Shown here: positions 8,998 to 17,853 of the stretch, piece by piece
Layout: every line of letters starts with the position of its first letter
Position numbering within the stretch: position 1 is the first letter of the stretch
Assembly: GCA_965363405.1 (NCBI GenBank)
Contig: CBDTTR010000001.1
Location: forward strand, 1 to 44,047
From: an uncultured bacterium
GTDB taxonomy: Bacteria > Desulfobacterota > WTBG01
DNA: 44,047 nt
Direction of reading: 5' to 3'
The notes under the pieces: model-generated
What the model saw: the letters and a program-made list of their open reading frames with translations, nothing else
What the model was told of the DNA's origin: nothing
Database searches by the model: none
Program-made: the position numbers and the translations under genes

Positions 8998-9742
8998 TAG
9001 CGTTATCAAGGGGCAAGATGAAGAACGGCTTTCTATAAAGTCGTATGCTATGAGAGATATGATTTCTCAACCCAAATTGCAGAAAGTAGAGGACTATTCT
9101 GATAGTTTCCCTTTACACGCATCATCAGATTCTAAAAATAAAACCGAACAGCTTCTACAAGAAATAGAAGACAGAGAAAAATATATCAAACAGATGACGG
9201 AGAAAACTGACGGTTTGGAAAAGGAGGCCTATGAAAAGGGCTTTGCTCAGGGAGAAAAAGCAGGAATGGAGTTGGGGGAGAAAAGGTTTGATTCAATTCT
9301 TAAGGGCTTTACTAAGACGTTAGAAGGTGTGAGGAAGATAAAAGAAGAAGTCTATAGTAATAGCGAACAGGAGATGGTGGAACTGGTACTTGCCATTGCG
9401 CGCAAGGTAATCCAAAAGGAAGTGAGTACAGACAGGAAAATCATTCTTGACATAGTAAAATCAGCTCTCAAGCATGTTGCTGATCAAAAAGAGATCAGAG
9501 TGCGCTTAAATCCTTCTGATTTGGAATTTGCCAGCCAGTATAAGGGGGAAATATTGGATGGGATAGAAAAGGCGACTTTTGAAAGTGATGTGGAGGTTCT
9601 GCGAGGGGATGCTGTTATTGAAAGCAATTATGGGAGTATTGATTGTGGCATTGAAAAACATTTACAAGAGGTGGAAGAGGCTTTAAGGGCGCGAGCGGGA
9701 AGTGATACTCAATTAGAAGGAAAGACAGATAGGGTTGAGTGA
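8978..9742 (+). CDS. fliH: export ATPase regulator FliH
   Basis: GTG start overlapping the fliG end by 20 nt. Charged coiled-coil N-terminal half with EKGFAQGEKAG. Positioned between fliG and fliI. The exact start is uncertain. Confidence 0.8.
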   Translation: MRKSLFSSVIKGQDEERLSIKSYAMRDMISQPKLQKVEDYSDSFPLHASSDSKNKTEQLLQEIEDREKYIKQMTEKTDGLEKEAYEKGFAQGEKAGMELGEKRFDSILKGFTKTLEGVRKIKEEVYSNSEQEMVELVLAIARKVIQKEVSTDRKIILDIVKSALKHVADQKEIRVRLNPSDLEFASQYKGEILDGIEKATFESDVEVLRGDAVIESNYGSIDCGIEKHLQEVEEALRARAGSDTQLEGKTDRVE

Positions 9743-9745
9743 CTC

Positions 9746-11065
9746 ATGACAGTTAAAATTGATTGGAACAGGTATCAGGAAACAATAGATAAGGTAGCTC
9801 CCCTTTCCTTTCATGGAAAGGTAAACCAGGTAGCGGGTATTACCATTGAAGGGTATGGAACCGATTGTTTTATAGGAGAGATTTGTGATATTTATACAAG
9901 GGGGGATAATTCGCCTATCAAGGCAGAGGTGATAGGGTTTAAGGATGGACGAATAGTGATCATGCCTTTGGGTGATGTACGTGGAATCGGACCGGGAAAT
10001 CGTATAACAGGTTTAAAGCGAAAAGCCACTGTAAAAATCGGTGATGAAATACTCGGCAGGGTTATTGACGGGCTGGGAAATCCTATTGATGGTAAAGAAG
10101 ATCTCTCTTTAGAGAAAGAGTATCCTCTTTATACTGATCCTATCAATCCCCTGCACAGGGGACGGATAACAGAGCCCATGGATGTTGGCATCAAGGCTAT
10201 TAATGCATTACTTACCTGTGGTAAAGGGCAGAGAATGGGTATCTTTTCAGGATCTGGAGTGGGCAAAAGCGTCCTTTTAGGAATGATGGCCAGAAACACC
10301 AGTGCTGATGTAAGTGTTATTGCCCTAATAGGAGAGAGGGGACGTGAGGTAAAAGAATTCATTGAGAAAGACTTAGGAGAAGAGGGCTTAAAAAGATCTG
10401 TAGTGGTTGTTGCCACTTCTGAAGAGTCTCCTCTGGTCAGAGTCAGGGGAGCACTGGTTGCAACTACTATTGCAGAATATTTTCGAGATAAAGGCAATAA
10501 TGTTCTCTTCATGATGGATTCTATTACTCGATTTGCTATGGCTCAGAGAGAAATTGGGTTGGCAGCTAATGAACCTCCAACCACTAAAGGTTATACCCCA
10601 TCTGTTTTTGCCATGATTCCAAAACTGGTGGAAAGGGTAGGAAACCATTGTGAGAAAGGAAGCATTACGGGATTATATTCGGTTCTGGTGGAAAACGATG
10701 ATTTTAATGAACCCATCTCTGATGCTGTAAGGTCTGTTTTAGATGGACACATTGTTCTTTTAAGAGACCTGGCTAACCGAGGTCACTACCCTGCTATTGA
10801 CCCGCTTCCCAGTGTGAGTCGCACCATGATTGATGTTGTTTTTAAGGACCATTTGGACTATGCCCGTCGTCTTTTAAATATCCTTGGAACATATAGGAAA
10901 GCAGAAGATTTGATAAACATTGGTGCCTATGTTTCAGGAAGCAATTCCGAAATTGATTATGCCATCAGCATGATTGATAAAGTGAATCAGTTTTTGCAGC
11001 AGCCCATTGAGGAGAAGGTGAGTTTTGAAGAGACGGTGCAAATGATGAAGAAGTTATTTGATTGA
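9746..11065 (+). CDS. fliI: flagellum-specific ATPase FliI
   Basis: Walker A GSGVGKS, Walker B VLFMMDSITR, F1/T3SS ATPase fold signature RGHYPAIDPL. Confidence 0.97.
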   Translation: MTVKIDWNRYQETIDKVAPLSFHGKVNQVAGITIEGYGTDCFIGEICDIYTRGDNSPIKAEVIGFKDGRIVIMPLGDVRGIGPGNRITGLKRKATVKIGDEILGRVIDGLGNPIDGKEDLSLEKEYPLYTDPINPLHRGRITEPMDVGIKAINALLTCGKGQRMGIFSGSGVGKSVLLGMMARNTSADVSVIALIGERGREVKEFIEKDLGEEGLKRSVVVVATSEESPLVRVRGALVATTIAEYFRDKGNNVLFMMDSITRFAMAQREIGLAANEPPTTKGYTPSVFAMIPKLVERVGNHCEKGSITGLYSVLVENDDFNEPISDAVRSVLDGHIVLLRDLANRGHYPAIDPLPSVSRTMIDVVFKDHLDYARRLLNILGTYRKAEDLINIGAYVSGSNSEIDYAISMIDKVNQFLQQPIEEKVSFEETVQMMKKLFD

Positions 11066-11087
11066 TACATACTTATAGGAACACTCC

Positions 11088-11525
11088 ATGTACAGGTTCA
11101 ATCTTCAATTTTTGCTTGATTATAGAAAACATATCGAAGAAGGAATACAAATCGAGCTGTCCCACATTCAGAGGGAATTAGAGAAGGAAAGACAGCTGAT
11201 CATTTCTTTTAAGGAAGAGAAGAACTATTATGAAAAAGAGCTTGCAAGGAGAGAAGAGAAAAGGATTAATGTCGATGAAGGCATTTTGTATCGGGACTAC
11301 CTTAAGGGGATGAGGATAAAAATAAAAAAGCAAAGAGAAATTGTAGCCAAGATACTGCCAGAACTTGATAAGAAGCGAGATGAGTTATTGACCGCAACGA
11401 AAAAGAGAAAGGTTCTGGAAAAGGTAAGGGAGAAAGATTGGAAAAGGTTTGTAAAAGTTTTGGCAAGAAGTGATGGGATGTTTATGGATGAGATAGGGAT
11501 TAGGAAATATCAGAGGAGTATGTAA
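11088..11525 (+). CDS. fliJ: export chaperone/stalk protein FliJ
   Basis: 145-aa all-helical charged coiled coil immediately after fliI. Confidence 0.75.
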   Translation: MYRFNLQFLLDYRKHIEEGIQIELSHIQRELEKERQLIISFKEEKNYYEKELARREEKRINVDEGILYRDYLKGMRIKIKKQREIVAKILPELDKKRDELLTATKKRKVLEKVREKDWKRFVKVLARSDGMFMDEIGIRKYQRSM

Positions 11526-11526
11526 C

Positions 11527-11552
11527 AAGTTTGACAAAGTAAAGTTTGACAA
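11527..11552 (+). repeat. 11-bp direct repeat AAGTTTGACAA x2, each copy containing TTGACA; possible internal sigma70 promoter
   Basis: Copies at 11527-11537 and 11542-11552. The first TTGACA (11531-11536) is followed after 16 nt by TAAATT (11553-11558). Confidence 0.3.
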
Positions 11553-11581
11553 TAAATTTTGTTTTTTTAAAGGGAGATGAA

Positions 11582-12196
11582 ATGAAACCTTTAATGACAT
11601 TCAAGAAGATACCGATTTCAAGCAAAAACATAATGATATTTATACTGCTTTTGTTGATATCTAAATTATTTTTTGTTGGGTATTTCGTGACACAAAGATG
11701 GGGACTTTCCTTCTCTCCTTCCCTGAGTCAAGCAGTTGCCCAGGAAGAATCTTCGGAAGTAAAAAGTGAGGAGGTAAGTGGTGTGGTAAATGATGAGCAG
11801 GATTTTGAGTATTTAAGCATGTTGGATAAAAAAAGAAGTGAATTGGACAGAAAGGAAAAAGAACTTACGCAAAAAAAGGAACAATTAAATAAGCTTCAAA
11901 CTGAAATTGAAAACACTCTGGATAATTTGGCACAGAAAGAAGAAGGGATAGATAAGAAAATCAGTCAATTGATTACCCTTAAGGAAAGTCTGGAAGAGGA
12001 AGAATTGAAAAAATTAGCAAAAGTCTTTGAAGCTACTCCCCCAGAGCAGGCAGGTCCTATGTTTGACAAATTGGATGTAGAACTTGCAGCGAAAATTCTT
12101 TTTAGAATGAAAGGAAGGAATGCGGGCAAGATTTGGGGGTATGTTGATCCTGATCAGGCAGTGAGGATTAGCAGAGAATTATCTAACCTGAAGTAA
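11582..12196 (+). CDS. YlxF/MotE-like protein (MgtE_N-like C-terminal domain)
   Basis: I prefer the ATG at 11582 (GGGAG RBS) over the track start at 11546. Single N-terminal TM, coiled coil, and C-terminal PEQAGPMFDKLDVELAAKILFRMKGRNAGKIW. It occupies the same slot as ylxF in the B. subtilis fla operon. Confidence 0.7.
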   Translation: MKPLMTFKKIPISSKNIMIFILLLLISKLFFVGYFVTQRWGLSFSPSLSQAVAQEESSEVKSEEVSGVVNDEQDFEYLSMLDKKRSELDRKEKELTQKKEQLNKLQTEIENTLDNLAQKEEGIDKKISQLITLKESLEEEELKKLAKVFEATPPEQAGPMFDKLDVELAAKILFRMKGRNAGKIWGYVDPDQAVRISRELSNLK

Positions 12197-12325
12197 GTTT
12201 CTCTGGTAAAGTTATCATGCAATGCGGCAAAAATTACCTATCATAAATTTCCCTTCTAAAACCATTCCTTGATTATAAATCTTCTAACTCACTAAAAAAC
12301 ATTGAAATAAATAAAATCCTCCATG

Positions 12326-12341
12326 TGGCATACTACCTGCT
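12326..12341 (+). promoter_or_regulatory. sigma54 (-24/-12) promoter upstream of fliK-flgD-flgE
   Basis: TGGCATACTACCTGCT, with GG-N10-GC spacing exact. Sits in a 183-nt intergenic gap, about 40 nt before the fliK ORF start. Confidence 0.65.
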
Positions 12342-12379
12342 AAGAGATTTGGATAGCATTTAGTCTGTCTAAGAAGGGA

Positions 12380-13768
12380 GTGATTTTAATAGAAGCTTTT
12401 CCTGTAAATATTATATCTGATATGCCGGCTGATAAAGCGAAGATATCCACCCCATCGGATAAGGGGGGGGATGAACCTTTTGCTGGTGTTTTTGCGGTCC
12501 TCACATCCGAAAGCTCCTCTGCCCAGCCAGAGTCATGGGATAGCAAGGAAGCTGAGGGGTTTGAAAAGAGTGATAGGGATTCGGCGCAGTTACTCAGTGA
12601 CCATTCGCCTGCGGAAAACCTGGTGGGTGTCAGTACAACCCAGATATCTCATCCAGAAGCAGGATCCCAGCACCAAGATATTTCAAGAGGTTCTCTTAAG
12701 GGACTGGGACAGAACTCTTTGTATGTTCAAGAAGCGGGGCTATCTCTTAAGAAAGATTTAAATGTTATTTCCCAGCCCGGGTTTACTCAAGAAGGGGTTT
12801 ATGGTTTTACAAGCGTAAAAGATCCTGGTAAGGCAAAAGAGCTCCTCTTAAAATTGGGATTAAACTCAAGTGAAGTAGAACAGCTTGTTGGGATGAAATC
12901 TAATGGCCCGAGTAGTAAGGAAGAAGCAACTCTCATTTTGCAGTTGATGAATGCATTGCAACAAGAAGGAGCGTCGCCGGATCAGCTAAAACTAACTATT
13001 AATGATGTAAAAAGCCTTTTAGCAAAAATAGGAATCAATATTGAGGATACAGGACTGATTGTCACGGGGAGAAACTCTGGCGAAGAGGTTTCTCTTAAGG
13101 AATTAATAAATTTGTTAAACAGTAAAGGTAACATTAATATTTGCGATGGAGATAAAGTTCATCTTTCTGAGAATAAAGATCTTTTTGCACAAACTGGTAA
13201 CGAAACTAACCACAGCAAAGGAAACCTTGATCTAAGTAATAACGGTCAGTTTACTATTCATGCCATAGCGGACAGAGCAGTAGAGGGAGAAAATAGACCG
13301 GTTGAGTTTGAACGGATGATATTTAAAACAGAGATGAGGGAGCCCACGGCCCAAAGGGTTATAGAACAAATAGTAAAGGGGGCACACGTGCAAGTTCGTA
13401 GTGGGCAAACCAGGGCAAGAATCTCTTTGCACCCACCATCCTTAGGGGAATTGCAGCTTAGTATTGTTACCAAAGAGGACCAGGTTAGGGTTGCCTTTTT
13501 TACTGAAACCCCACAGGTAAAAGAGATTATTGAAAACAATTTGCCGCAGTTGCGTGAGAGTTTTTTTCAACAGGGCTTAAAAGTGGAACACTTTAGTGTT
13601 TTTGTAGGAAACCACCCGAGTGGCAGCCAAGCCGAGCAGCAAAACGATTTTAATGCAACAAAGACCTCTCAATCAGTGGGGAAAGGACAGGATAAAGATG
13701 ATACTCCACCACTTGAAGGGTTGAAGAAGTGGATGCTCGGCAATCACAGGGTGAATCTTTTTGTGTAA
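12380..13768 (+). CDS. fliK: hook-length control protein FliK
   Basis: Low-complexity N-terminal region. C-terminal Flg_hook-type domain ISLHPPSLGELQLSIVTKEDQVRVAFFTETPQVKEII. The start is ambiguous: GTG at 12380 or ATG at 12422. Confidence 0.85.
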   Translation: MILIEAFPVNIISDMPADKAKISTPSDKGGDEPFAGVFAVLTSESSSAQPESWDSKEAEGFEKSDRDSAQLLSDHSPAENLVGVSTTQISHPEAGSQHQDISRGSLKGLGQNSLYVQEAGLSLKKDLNVISQPGFTQEGVYGFTSVKDPGKAKELLLKLGLNSSEVEQLVGMKSNGPSSKEEATLILQLMNALQQEGASPDQLKLTINDVKSLLAKIGINIEDTGLIVTGRNSGEEVSLKELINLLNSKGNINICDGDKVHLSENKDLFAQTGNETNHSKGNLDLSNNGQFTIHAIADRAVEGENRPVEFERMIFKTEMREPTAQRVIEQIVKGAHVQVRSGQTRARISLHPPSLGELQLSIVTKEDQVRVAFFTETPQVKEIIENNLPQLRESFFQQGLKVEHFSVFVGNHPSGSQAEQQNDFNATKTSQSVGKGQDKDDTPPLEGLKKWMLGNHRVNLFV

Positions 13769-13789
13769 ATAAGAAAAGGAGAAATTACC

Positions 13790-14572
13790 ATGGCATTTGT
13801 TAATCCAATTAGTTATTCATCACAAGCTTCTTCTATCGATAGTACCTCTGGTAATGGGGGTAACAATATGGGCAAGGATCAATTCCTGCAACTTCTTCTC
13901 GCCCAGCTTGAGAATCAGGATCCTCTTAACCCAATGGATTCTACTGACATGACCGCTCAACTAGCTCAGTTTAGTCAATTGGAACAGCTCGCAAATATTA
14001 ATACCAGCTTGGAATATTCAAAGTTATACCTTGCATCGTTAAATAATGCTCAGGCAGTCGATTTTATTGGAAAAGAGATTGAGGCACGGGGTGATTCTGT
14101 TCAATTGTCAGAAGGCAATTCTGCGCAGCTCAGTTATGAATTAAATGGCGACGCAGGATCATCTACCATCAATATTTATGACCAAAATATGCACCTGGTC
14201 AGGAAAGTTGAACTGGGATCTCAGCCTGCTGGTGCTCATGAATGGAGGTGGGATGGCAGGGATAACGAGGGGAATCAGGTCGCAGCTGGAACCTATACCT
14301 TTGAAGTTTCTGCAACTGATGTTGATGGGGAAGAGGTTGCAGTTAATACCTATTTCAGAGGGGTGGTTACGGGTGTAACCTTTGAAGATGGCATTACCTA
14401 CCTGCTGTTAGGAGAGCAGAAGGTAGCCATAGGAGATGTTATCACAGTGAACGATCAGGAAGTGGTTGCAGTTAATGAACCTGAGGGCAAAACAGAAAAA
14501 GCGCTCGAGATAATGAAAGGTATAGGTCAATTTATGAAAAATGCTGCACCCATTGCAATGATGTTTATTTAA
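13790..14572 (+). CDS. flgD: hook capping/scaffold protein FlgD
   Basis: N-terminal KDQFLQLLLAQLENQDPLNPMD. FlgD Ig-like middle domain (AGTYTFEVSATD). Confidence 0.94.
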   Translation: MAFVNPISYSSQASSIDSTSGNGGNNMGKDQFLQLLLAQLENQDPLNPMDSTDMTAQLAQFSQLEQLANINTSLEYSKLYLASLNNAQAVDFIGKEIEARGDSVQLSEGNSAQLSYELNGDAGSSTINIYDQNMHLVRKVELGSQPAGAHEWRWDGRDNEGNQVAAGTYTFEVSATDVDGEEVAVNTYFRGVVTGVTFEDGITYLLLGEQKVAIGDVITVNDQEVVAVNEPEGKTEKALEIMKGIGQFMKNAAPIAMMFI

Positions 14573-14599
14573 ACTTGTATGGAAAGGAGGTGAGAAACA

Positions 14600-15832
14600 A
14601 TGTTAAGTTCACTATATTCAAGTGTTACAGGTCTTAATGCAGCAGGTTATACCATGTCGGTCATATCGAATAACATTGCCAATTCCAACACGGTGGGGTT
14701 TAAATCTGATTTTGCCTCTTTTGCTGATATTTTGAGCCAGAGTTTGGGAGGGATAGTTGGAGGTAATCAGATAGGCCGTGGGGTAAACTTGTCGGATATT
14801 GGTACCATCTTTAGCCAGGGATCTTTTGAGAACACTACCAGCCCTACTGACCTGGCCATTGAAGGAGCAGGTTTTTTTATAGTGGCTGATTCTAGCGGTA
14901 CCTACTATACGCGTGCAGGTCAGTTTGTTATGGACGAGGAGGGGTACCTTGTTAATCCCGGTGGTTTTAAACTTCAAGGATATATGGCAGACGAAACGGG
15001 AACGCTTCTCAGCACTGTGGGAGATATCAACATAGCACAGACTTCTTCTGCCCCCCAGCAAACCAACGACTTGAGAATTGTAGCCAATCTGGATGGTCAA
15101 GCAGCGACAGACGATACCTACTCAAGCACGATCACTGTCTATGACTCCATTGGTGGAGCAATTCCACTAACCATTACCTTTACCAAACTGGCTACTGGTA
15201 ATGAATGGAGTTTTGTGTCGAGTGTTCCCAGTGATTTAGGCACGGTAACAGGAGGCACAGGTACAGTAGGATTTGATGTCAATGGAAATATAGAAAGTCT
15301 TGATGGAAATACTACTTTTGCAGACGTTTCTATTGATGTTCCCGGCACTAACGGTGGGTCCTTTACGGTAAGTTGGGATCTCTGGGATGATACTGCAAGT
15401 GCCGCCATGGCAGATTTAACGGGGTATGCCTCGCCCTCTAATACCAGTGCCCTTTTCCAGGATGGCTATGCTCCGGGGTCTGTTCAGAATGTTTCTGTAG
15501 ACCAGGATGGACAGATTATAGGACTCTTCACCAATGGTCAGACCCGTACTTTGGGACAGGTGCTTCTGGCGGATTTTATCAGCCCCTGGGGATTAACCAA
15601 GATGGGCAGAAGCCTCTATGCAGAATCAGCAAATTCTGGCCAGCCTACCGTTGGTGAGCCTGGCACTGGGGGTCGAGGACAGGTTTCCCCCAATTCACTG
15701 GAGATGTCCAATGTGGATATGGCATCAGAATTTGTCACAATGATTACTGCCCAGCGTGCTTACCAGGCCAATGCGAGGGTAATTACCACCAGTAATGAAA
15801 TGCTTTCAGAACTGATGAACATCGCGAGGTAG
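14600..15832 (+). CDS. flgE: hook protein FlgE
   Basis: N-terminal VISNNIANSNTVGFK and C-terminal MITAQRAYQANARVITTSNEML. Strong GGAGG RBS. Confidence 0.95.
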   Translation: MLSSLYSSVTGLNAAGYTMSVISNNIANSNTVGFKSDFASFADILSQSLGGIVGGNQIGRGVNLSDIGTIFSQGSFENTTSPTDLAIEGAGFFIVADSSGTYYTRAGQFVMDEEGYLVNPGGFKLQGYMADETGTLLSTVGDINIAQTSSAPQQTNDLRIVANLDGQAATDDTYSSTITVYDSIGGAIPLTITFTKLATGNEWSFVSSVPSDLGTVTGGTGTVGFDVNGNIESLDGNTTFADVSIDVPGTNGGSFTVSWDLWDDTASAAMADLTGYASPSNTSALFQDGYAPGSVQNVSVDQDGQIIGLFTNGQTRTLGQVLLADFISPWGLTKMGRSLYAESANSGQPTVGEPGTGGRGQVSPNSLEMSNVDMASEFVTMITAQRAYQANARVITTSNEMLSELMNIAR

Positions 15833-15837
15833 TCAGA

Positions 15838-15880
15838 GGGAGTAGGGAAACCTGTTTGAGGATTTTCCTACCCCCTTTTT
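15838..15880 (+). terminator. Rho-independent terminator after flgE
   Basis: GGGAGTAGG (15838-15846) pairs with CCTACCCCC (15867-15875) with one mismatch, followed directly by TTTTT (15876-15880). Confidence 0.7.
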
Positions 15881-15899
15881 GGTTAAAACCTAGAGTCGT

Positions 15900-15931
15900 T
15901 TGTAAACTTCTGGTTCCAAAACCTGTAGTAT
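15900..15931 (+). promoter_or_regulatory. sigma70-like promoter with 20-bp spacer (MerR-type architecture)
   Basis: TTGTAA (15900-15905), 20 nt, then TAGTAT (15926-15931). The spacer contains the dyad GGTT-N4-AACC. It lies directly upstream of the MerR-like gene, leaving a very short leader. Confidence 0.35.
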
Positions 15932-15943
15932 GGGTTGAAGATT

Positions 15944-16294
15944 ATGGAAAGAAATGGAACGCTTTTACGAATTGGAGATGTAGCAGGCATTACTAAGGTA
16001 TCCATTCATACCCTGCGCTATTGGGAGAATGTGTTCGGAGGAGTTATAGACCCATGTCGAAGCGAGGGTGGCCAGAGAAAGTATAGTGAGAGGGATATAG
16101 AGAAAATATTTGAGATCAAAAGATTGCTAAAAGAAGAAGGCTATAGCATCAATGGAGCCAGAAGGATTTTCAAAAACGGTAGTAGGGATGAGAGATCAGT
16201 TTTATCTTGCAGGGAAAAGGAGTTCGATTGGTCTCATATTGCGCAGGAAGTTACCGAATTGATTCGGAAAAAGTTGTCAAGAGAGATGGGTTAA
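15944..16294 (+). CDS. MerR-family transcriptional regulator (short, about 116 aa)
   Basis: MerR HTH LRIGDVAGITKVSIHTLRYWE...GQRKYSERDIEKIFEIKRLLKEEGYSINGARRIF. I prefer the ATG at 15944 over the TTG at 15935. Confidence 0.85.
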   Translation: MERNGTLLRIGDVAGITKVSIHTLRYWENVFGGVIDPCRSEGGQRKYSERDIEKIFEIKRLLKEEGYSINGARRIFKNGSRDERSVLSCREKEFDWSHIAQEVTELIRKKLSREMG

Positions 16295-16323
16295 ACATAT
16301 CAGGGGTAGAGGTTAATATTTTT

Positions 16324-17583
16324 ATGACAGCAGGATCTCCTGGTAGGAAGTTAAAAATGATTCTGAGATGGGCATGCAGTTTATCAGTGCTTCTTGCTTT
16401 TTGCGGCGGGGTCTATGGAGAAAGTGCTCTGGATTGCTTAAGTGAAGCGCAGATGTTGCAGAAGCAGGGAAATATTGCCCAGGCTTTGAAGCTCTATACA
16501 CAGAGCCTTCACATGGAACCTCAGCGTCACCATGCCGATAAAATCTATAATAACCGGGGATTAATCTATTATGCTCAAGGAAAACACCTAAAGGCATTAG
16601 GAGATTTCAACAAAGCCATTGAGCTCAATTCGGGGGATAGTGATTTCTATTATAACAGGGGGAATGTCTATCGTGTCCTGAAAATGATTGATAGAGCGAT
16701 AATTGATTATACTGCAGCTATTCAGTCAGATCCTCAGAATGCCTTAGCCTATAATAACCGGGGAAGTATCTATTTTGAGAAAGGGAATCTTAAACAGGCT
16801 GAATCCGATTACAATAAAGCGATTCAATGTAACCCTGGTGATACCGAGTTTTATTGTAATCGTGGGAACCTTTATAGAAGCAGGCGTCAATATAAACGTG
16901 CCTTTTTAGACTTTGATAAAGCCATAGAAATCAATCCTCAAAATGCCGTTGCTTATCATTATAAGGCTATGCTCCATTTCGATAGAGGAAACTATAAGAA
17001 GGCCAAGACGGAACTGGATGAGGCTTTAAGGATTGATCCTTTTGACCCGGAACTTTATTGCTGCCGGGGGGATGTCTGTAGTGCTCAAGGTTACTATGAT
17101 TGGGCCATTGCAGATTATAGTCGAGCAATTAAATTATCTCCTCTATATGCTTCTGCTTTTAACAAAAGAGGAAGCATGTATTTTGAGAAAGGAGATATCG
17201 CAGGAGCTCTTATGGATTTTGCCAGAGCCATTGAGATAGATCCTCGATTTGCTCTTGCTTATTATAATCGAGGCGATGTTTATTTCGAACAGGGTAATTA
17301 TGAAGATGCCCGGGAAGATTATACCAGTGTGATTTCTCTTAATGCCTCCTATTGTCAAGCGTATTACAAGAGAGGGAAGCTCTCCTTTATACAAGGTAAT
17401 TATACCCAAGCTATTGATGATTGTACAAAGGCAATCGAGATTAATAACCTTTACAAAGATGCCTTCTATATGCGGGCAAAGGCATATCAGTCACAAGGTG
17501 AAGTTGATAAAGCCAAATTAGATCTTGAAAAAGTCGAGAAACTGGGTGGAATTTCAGAAATGAAAGAAGAAAGAAAGTTTTAG
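16324..17583 (+). CDS. secreted multi-TPR protein
   Basis: The track start at 16207 is a TTG overlapping the MerR gene, so I prefer ATG 16324 (or 16357). Signal peptide ILRWACSLSVLLAFCGGVYG, then about 11-12 canonical 34-aa TPRs (YNNRG.IY...G....A..D...AI...P). Confidence 0.85.
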   Translation: MTAGSPGRKLKMILRWACSLSVLLAFCGGVYGESALDCLSEAQMLQKQGNIAQALKLYTQSLHMEPQRHHADKIYNNRGLIYYAQGKHLKALGDFNKAIELNSGDSDFYYNRGNVYRVLKMIDRAIIDYTAAIQSDPQNALAYNNRGSIYFEKGNLKQAESDYNKAIQCNPGDTEFYCNRGNLYRSRRQYKRAFLDFDKAIEINPQNAVAYHYKAMLHFDRGNYKKAKTELDEALRIDPFDPELYCCRGDVCSAQGYYDWAIADYSRAIKLSPLYASAFNKRGSMYFEKGDIAGALMDFARAIEIDPRFALAYYNRGDVYFEQGNYEDAREDYTSVISLNASYCQAYYKRGKLSFIQGNYTQAIDDCTKAIEINNLYKDAFYMRAKAYQSQGEVDKAKLDLEKVEKLGGISEMKEERKF

Positions 17584-17689
17584 AAACCTGCTAAGAATGA
17601 AATTTAAGTTTTTGTGTCAATTTTATGACTATATTACAAAATAATGACTAATCAATCCCTTAATTAATATTCTAAACAACCTCTTAAGT

Positions 17690-17732
17690 AACGAGTAATT
17701 TCTGCATATCACATCAACGAACGAGTAATTTC
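17690..17732 (+). repeat. 13-bp exact direct repeat AACGAGTAATTTC x2 (30-bp phase), candidate enhancer upstream of the motA promoter
   Basis: Copies at 17690-17702 and 17720-17732. The nearer copy lies about 50-60 nt upstream of the -24 GG. Confidence 0.4.
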
Positions 17733-17780
17733 GCTCCTCCTAAATAGCATGCCGTCTAACACTTTCCAATAAGCTTCAAT

Positions 17781-17796
17781 TGGCATAGTATTTGCT
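17781..17796 (+). promoter_or_regulatory. sigma54 (-24/-12) promoter of the motA operon
   Basis: TGGCATAGTATTTGCT is near-consensus TGGCAT-N5-TTGCT with exact GG-N10-GC spacing. It ends 57 nt before the motA ATG. Confidence 0.8.
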
Positions 17797-17853
17797 CACC
17801 ATTGTTATTAAGTTGGCTTTGTCGATTTTTTAAACTCCCATTCAGGTCTTTCT

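Noticed and set aside
16207-16323. Track start (TTG 16207) for the secreted TPR protein, overlapping the MerR gene by 88 nt. The extended track starts for fliN (21715), fliQ (23736), flhA (25960) and the ylxF-like gene (11546) are similar cases.
   Set aside because: The extensions add residues that are atypical for the families and overlap upstream genes. Internal ATGs with proper RBSs give canonical N-termini (signal peptide, MTPEFIV..., MTRQIEE..., MSDEE...).
16534-16541. Perfect sigma28 -10 box GCCGATAA inside the secreted TPR gene.
   Set aside because: No TAAA-type -35 element lies 14-16 nt upstream, it is inside a coding region, and no downstream gene start would use it.
17650-17662. 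IHF-like site AATCAATCCCTTA upstream of motA.
   Set aside because: It matches WATCAA-N4-TTR but lies distal to the candidate enhancer repeats rather than between enhancer and promoter. The consensus is also AT-rich and frequent by chance in this DNA.
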